Origin: Macrostomum lignano | Taxonomy: Eukaryota | Direction of reading: 5' to 3' | DNA length: 64,000 nucleotides | Assembly: GCA_002269645.1 (NCBI GenBank) | Contig: NIVC01001556.1 | Coordinates: 1 to 64,000 of the forward strand | Shown here: positions 60,501 through 64,000 of the stretch, piece after piece | Numbering within the stretch: the first letter of the stretch is position 1 | Layout of the letters: each line of letters opens with the position of its first letter | Translations under genes and position numbers: made by a program | The notes under the pieces: generated by a model | What the model was told of the DNA's origin: nothing | Database searches by the model: none | What the model saw: only the letters and a program-made list of their open reading frames with translations

Positions 60501-61835
60501 TGGTAGAGTAGGTGTAGAGTCTGGTAGAGTAGGTGTAGATTCTGGTAGAGTAGGTGTAGAGTCTGGTAGAGTAAATGTAGAGTCTGGTAGAGTAGGTGTA
60601 GAGTCTAGTAGAGTAGGTGTAGAGTCTGGTAGAGTAGGTGTAGAGTCTGGTCGAGTAGGTGTAGAGTCTGGTATAGTAGATGTGGAGTCTGGTGGAGTAG
60701 GTGTAGAGTCTGGTAGAGTAGATGTGGAGTCTGGTAGAGTAAGAGTGGAGTCTGGTCGAGTAAGAGTGGAGTCTGGTAGAGTAAGAGTGGAGTCTGGTAG
60801 AGTAAGAGTGGAGTCTGGTAGAGTAGGTGTAGAGTCTGGTAGAGTAGGTGTAGAATCTGGTAGAGTAGGTGTAGAATCTGGTAGAGTAGGTGTTGAGTCT
60901 GGTAGAGTAGGTGTAGAGTCTGGTAGAGTAGGTGTAGAGTCTGGTAGAGTAGGTGTGGAGTCTGGTAGAGTAAGAGTGGAGTCTGGTGGAGTAGGTGTAG
61001 AGTCTGGTATAGTAGATGTGGAGTCTGGTGGAGTAGGTGTAGAGTCTGGTAGAGTAGGTGTAGAATCTGGTAGAGTAGGTGTAGAATCTGGTAGAGTAGG
61101 TGTAGAGTCTGGTAGAGTAGGTGTGGAGTCTGGTAGAGTAAGAGTGGAGTCTGGTGGAGTAGGTGTGGAGTCTGGTATAGTAGATGTGGAGTCTGGTGGA
61201 GTAGGTGTAGAGTCTGGTAGAGTAGGTGTAGAGTCTGGTAGAGTAGGTGTAGAATCTGGTAGAGTAGGTGTAGAGTCTGGTAGAGTAGGTGTAGAGTCTG
61301 GTAGAGTAGGTGTAGATTCTGGTAGAGTAGGTGTAGAGTCTGGTAGAGTAGGTGTAGAGTCTTGTAGAGTAGGTGTAGAGTCTGGTATAGTAGATGTGGA
61401 GTCTGGTGGAGTAGGTGTAGAGTCTGGTAGAGTAGATGTGGAGTCTGGTAGAGTAAGAGTGGAGTCTGGTCGAGTAGGTGTAGAGTCTGGTAGAGGTATG
61501 GAGTCCGCGGTAGAGTACATGTAGATGTTGCCAATATTGCCAATTTGTCAGTAAAAATTGTGGGCCATGGTTTTAAATCCAATTCATCCGCGTTTAAAAC
61601 TGCTGAATTCGCACAAAAATGCCCCGCAGAGATGGTGTTCATCCTGTGCTACTCGCTCATACTACTGTCAGTAGACCTGTGCAGTCCGCACGTGAAAAAT
61701 AAAATGTCTAAACGAGAATTCATTCGCAATACGAGGCGAGCCACAACCCCAATTAGTGACGACTTTCTAGGTCATCTGTACGATAACATCTACCTGGTTG
61801 GACACGTGGCGCCAACCACAGCTTGCAGCTATTAG
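57534..61835 (+). CDS. FBXO8: F-box only protein 8 (F-box plus Sec7-like domain), 293 aa
   Basis: Exons 57534-58024, 59537-59721, 61630-61835 (GT-AG, phases 2 and 1). MGQ start, F-box LPPELALAILSHL..TDLCLAACVW..LANDELLWQ, FENQFLPNALRKFF, and the C-terminus LCYSLILLSVDLCSPHVKNKMSKREFIRNTRRA..GHLYDNIYLVGHVA typical of FBXO8. An in-frame ATG also exists at 57513. Confidence 0.95.
58078..59470. repeat. About 35-bp minisatellite (TGGGGATTGTGAAGCTTGGGATTCTGAGAGAAATT)n grading into an about 20-bp unit, FBXO8 intron 1
   Basis: Direct reading. Confidence 0.95.
59750..61500. repeat. 21-bp minisatellite (GAGTCTGGTAGAGTAGGTGTA)n, FBXO8 intron 2
   Basis: Direct reading. Confidence 0.97.
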
Positions 61836-62019
61836 CTGTGGCGTGATATTGAAGCCTAGGAAACTTCTATTTAAGTCTGTGTTGTTTTGCTAGAGATATC
61901 ACACCATATGTGGCTTCTGGGGGGGGGGGTGTGCTTGCAGTTCTATAGTTTGTTAGCTATTATAAATTTTCTTAAAATAACACTTCCAGTCTTAAATATT
62001 GCGTCAGTTCACTCGGCTC

Positions 62020-62380
62020 CCTGTCAGTCAGAATCCCTCAGTTCACTCTGCTCCCCATCAATCAGTCAGAATCCCTTAGTTCACTCTGCTCCCCATCAAT
62101 CAGTCAGAATCCCTTAGTTCACTCTGCTCCCCATCAGTCAGAATCCCTTAGTTCACTCTGCTCCCCATCAATCAGTCAGAATCCCTTAGTTCACTCTGCT
62201 CCCCATCAGTCAGAATCCCTTAGTTCACTCTGCTCTCCATCAGTCAATCCCTTAGTTCACTCTGCTCCCCATCAGTCAATCCCTTAGTTCACTCTGCTCC
62301 CCATCAGTCAGAATCCCTCAGTTCACTCAGCTCCCCATCAGTCAGTCAGTCAGAGTCCCTCGGTTCACTCTGCTCCCCAT
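62020..62380. repeat. About 34-38-bp minisatellite (CAGTCAGAATCCCTTAGTTCACTCTGCTCCCCAT)n
   Basis: Direct reading. Confidence 0.93.
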
Positions 62381-62802
62381 CAATAATAGCTACTTTACTA
62401 ATTCTGTGGGATAACTGCTGTTACCCTGGACTTACGTACCATACGCTCGTACAGTACATGTACGAGTATGTGAATATAATGCGGTTAAATATTTTAATAT
62501 GTAGTGTGCATGATAAAGATTGCACTTTTCGTCCGTTCTGTACATAGGTATTTAATTTGGGCGAATCAGTTCGTTGAGTTCGCCTTTGTCCTTGCAGTAA
62601 CTATTGAGAATGGATGGAGTTACTGAGAGCTCTTTTTGATTGGCTTCGCTGATTTCTGCTCAAACTTGTTGGCATCTATTTTAGTGTGCGGTTCTTCTGT
62701 AACCTCTGATGTTATCAAAGATTTTTCAGACAGTGTTTAAGGTAGACTTTGATATTGGCGTTATCTTTTCTTCTCTTTGCATGTTTTGGACAGCTTGGAT
62801 AG

Positions 62803-64000
62803 GGATCTGACATTGAATGGGGGATTCTAGTTAAATATAGGATCTGGGTAGAAATCTGACATTGAATGGGGGGTTCTAGTTAAATATAGGATCTGGGTAG
62901 AAATCTGACATTGAATGGGGGATTCTAGTTAAATATAGGATCTGGGTAGAAATCTGACATTGAATGGGGGGGGGTTCTAGTTAAATATAGGATCTGGGTA
63001 GAAATCTGACATTGAATGGGGGATTCTAGTTAAATATAGGATCTGGGTAGAAATCTGACATTGAATGGGGGGGTTCTAGTTAAATATAGGATCTGGGTAG
63101 AAATCTGACATTGAATGGGGGGGGGTTCTAGTTAAATATAGGATCTGGGTAGAAATCTGACATTGAATGGGGGATTCTAGTTAAATATAGGATCTGGGTA
63201 GAAATCTGACATTGAATGGGGGATTCTAGTTAAATATAGGATCTGGGTAGAAATCTGACATTGAATGGGGGATTCTAGTTAAATATAGGATCTGGGTAGG
63301 AATCTGACATTGAATGGGGGGGTTCTAGTTAAATATAGGATCTGGGTAGGAATCTGGCATTGAATGGGGGGGGTTCTAGTTAAATATAGGATCTGGGTAG
63401 AAATCTGACATTGAATGGGGGGTTCTAGTTAAATATAGGATCTGGGTAGAAATCTGACATTGAATGGGGGATTCTAGTTAAATATAGGATCTGGGTAGAA
63501 ATCTGACATTGAATGGGGGGGGGTTCTAGTTAAATATAGGATCTGGGTAGAAATCTGACATTGAATGGGGGGGGTTCTAGTTAAATATAGGATCTGGGTA
63601 GAAATCTGACATTGAATGGGGGGGTTCTAGTTAAATATAGGATCTGGGTAGAAATCTGACATTGAATGGGGGATTCTAGTTAAATATAGGATCTGGGTAG
63701 GAATCTGACATTGAATGGGGGGGTTCTAGTTAAATATAGGATCTGGGTAGAAATCTGACATTGAATGGGGGGGTTCTAGTTAAATATAGGATCTGGGTAG
63801 AAATCTGACATTGAATGGGGGGGGAGTTCTAGTTAAATATAGGATCTGGGTAGGGATCTGACATTGAATGAGGGTTCTAGTTAAATATAGGATCTGGGTA
63901 GGAATCTGACATTGAATGGGGGGGTTCTAGTTAAATATAGGATCTGGGTAGAAATCTGACATTGAATGGGGGGGGTTCTAGTTAAATATAGGATCTGGGT
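62803..64000. repeat. About 50-bp satellite (TCTGACATTGAATGGGGG[G]nTTCTAGTTAAATATAGGATCTGGGTAGAAA)n, runs off the window
   Basis: Direct reading. Confidence 0.97.

Noticed and set aside
59736-61642. 594-aa, 589-aa and 345-aa ORFs (PDSTPTL / VESGRVG repeats, mucin-like)
   Set aside because: A 21-bp unit (multiple of 3) is open on both strands and lies exactly within FBXO8 intron 2; these are repeat artefacts.
62803-64000. Variable G-run length (about 4-9) between satellite units as a programmed switch
   Set aside because: Homopolymer length variation is equally explained by slippage or long-read consensus error.

Overview
This is eukaryotic (metazoan) genomic DNA: short, mostly GC-rich exons with GT-AG introns, set among many minisatellite and microsatellite arrays. 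The overall style fits an invertebrate such as a free-living flatworm, but that is inference. By manual splicing I reconstructed five recognisable genes: a conventional protein kinase C (minus strand, 12 exons, 3' end outside the window), a SIFamide/NPFF-type neuropeptide GPCR (+, 5 exons), a secreted trypsin-family protease (-, 6 exons), RNF5/RNF185 (+, 2 exons) and FBXO8 (+, 3 exons). There is also one gene the ORF track misses: an unrecognised, about 84-aa single-pass membrane protein (-, at least 3 exons). Mobile DNA includes an internally deleted Ty3/Gypsy element with both LTRs, two tRNA-derived SINE families (one with a MIR-like CORE), an RTE-like LINE 3' fragment and a probable Tc1/IS630-like relic. 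The most unusual zone is 31-43 kb. It holds a duplicated GPCR terminal exon, an inverted pair of satellite-plus-flank modules, a 22-bp satellite with a 726-bp higher-order duplication, a SINE nested in a SINE, a SINE with a twin-priming-type 5' inversion, and the interleaved antisense microprotein gene. I found no rRNA, genuine tRNA, CRISPR or prokaryotic system. All long ORFs in the track that lie over repeats are artefacts.
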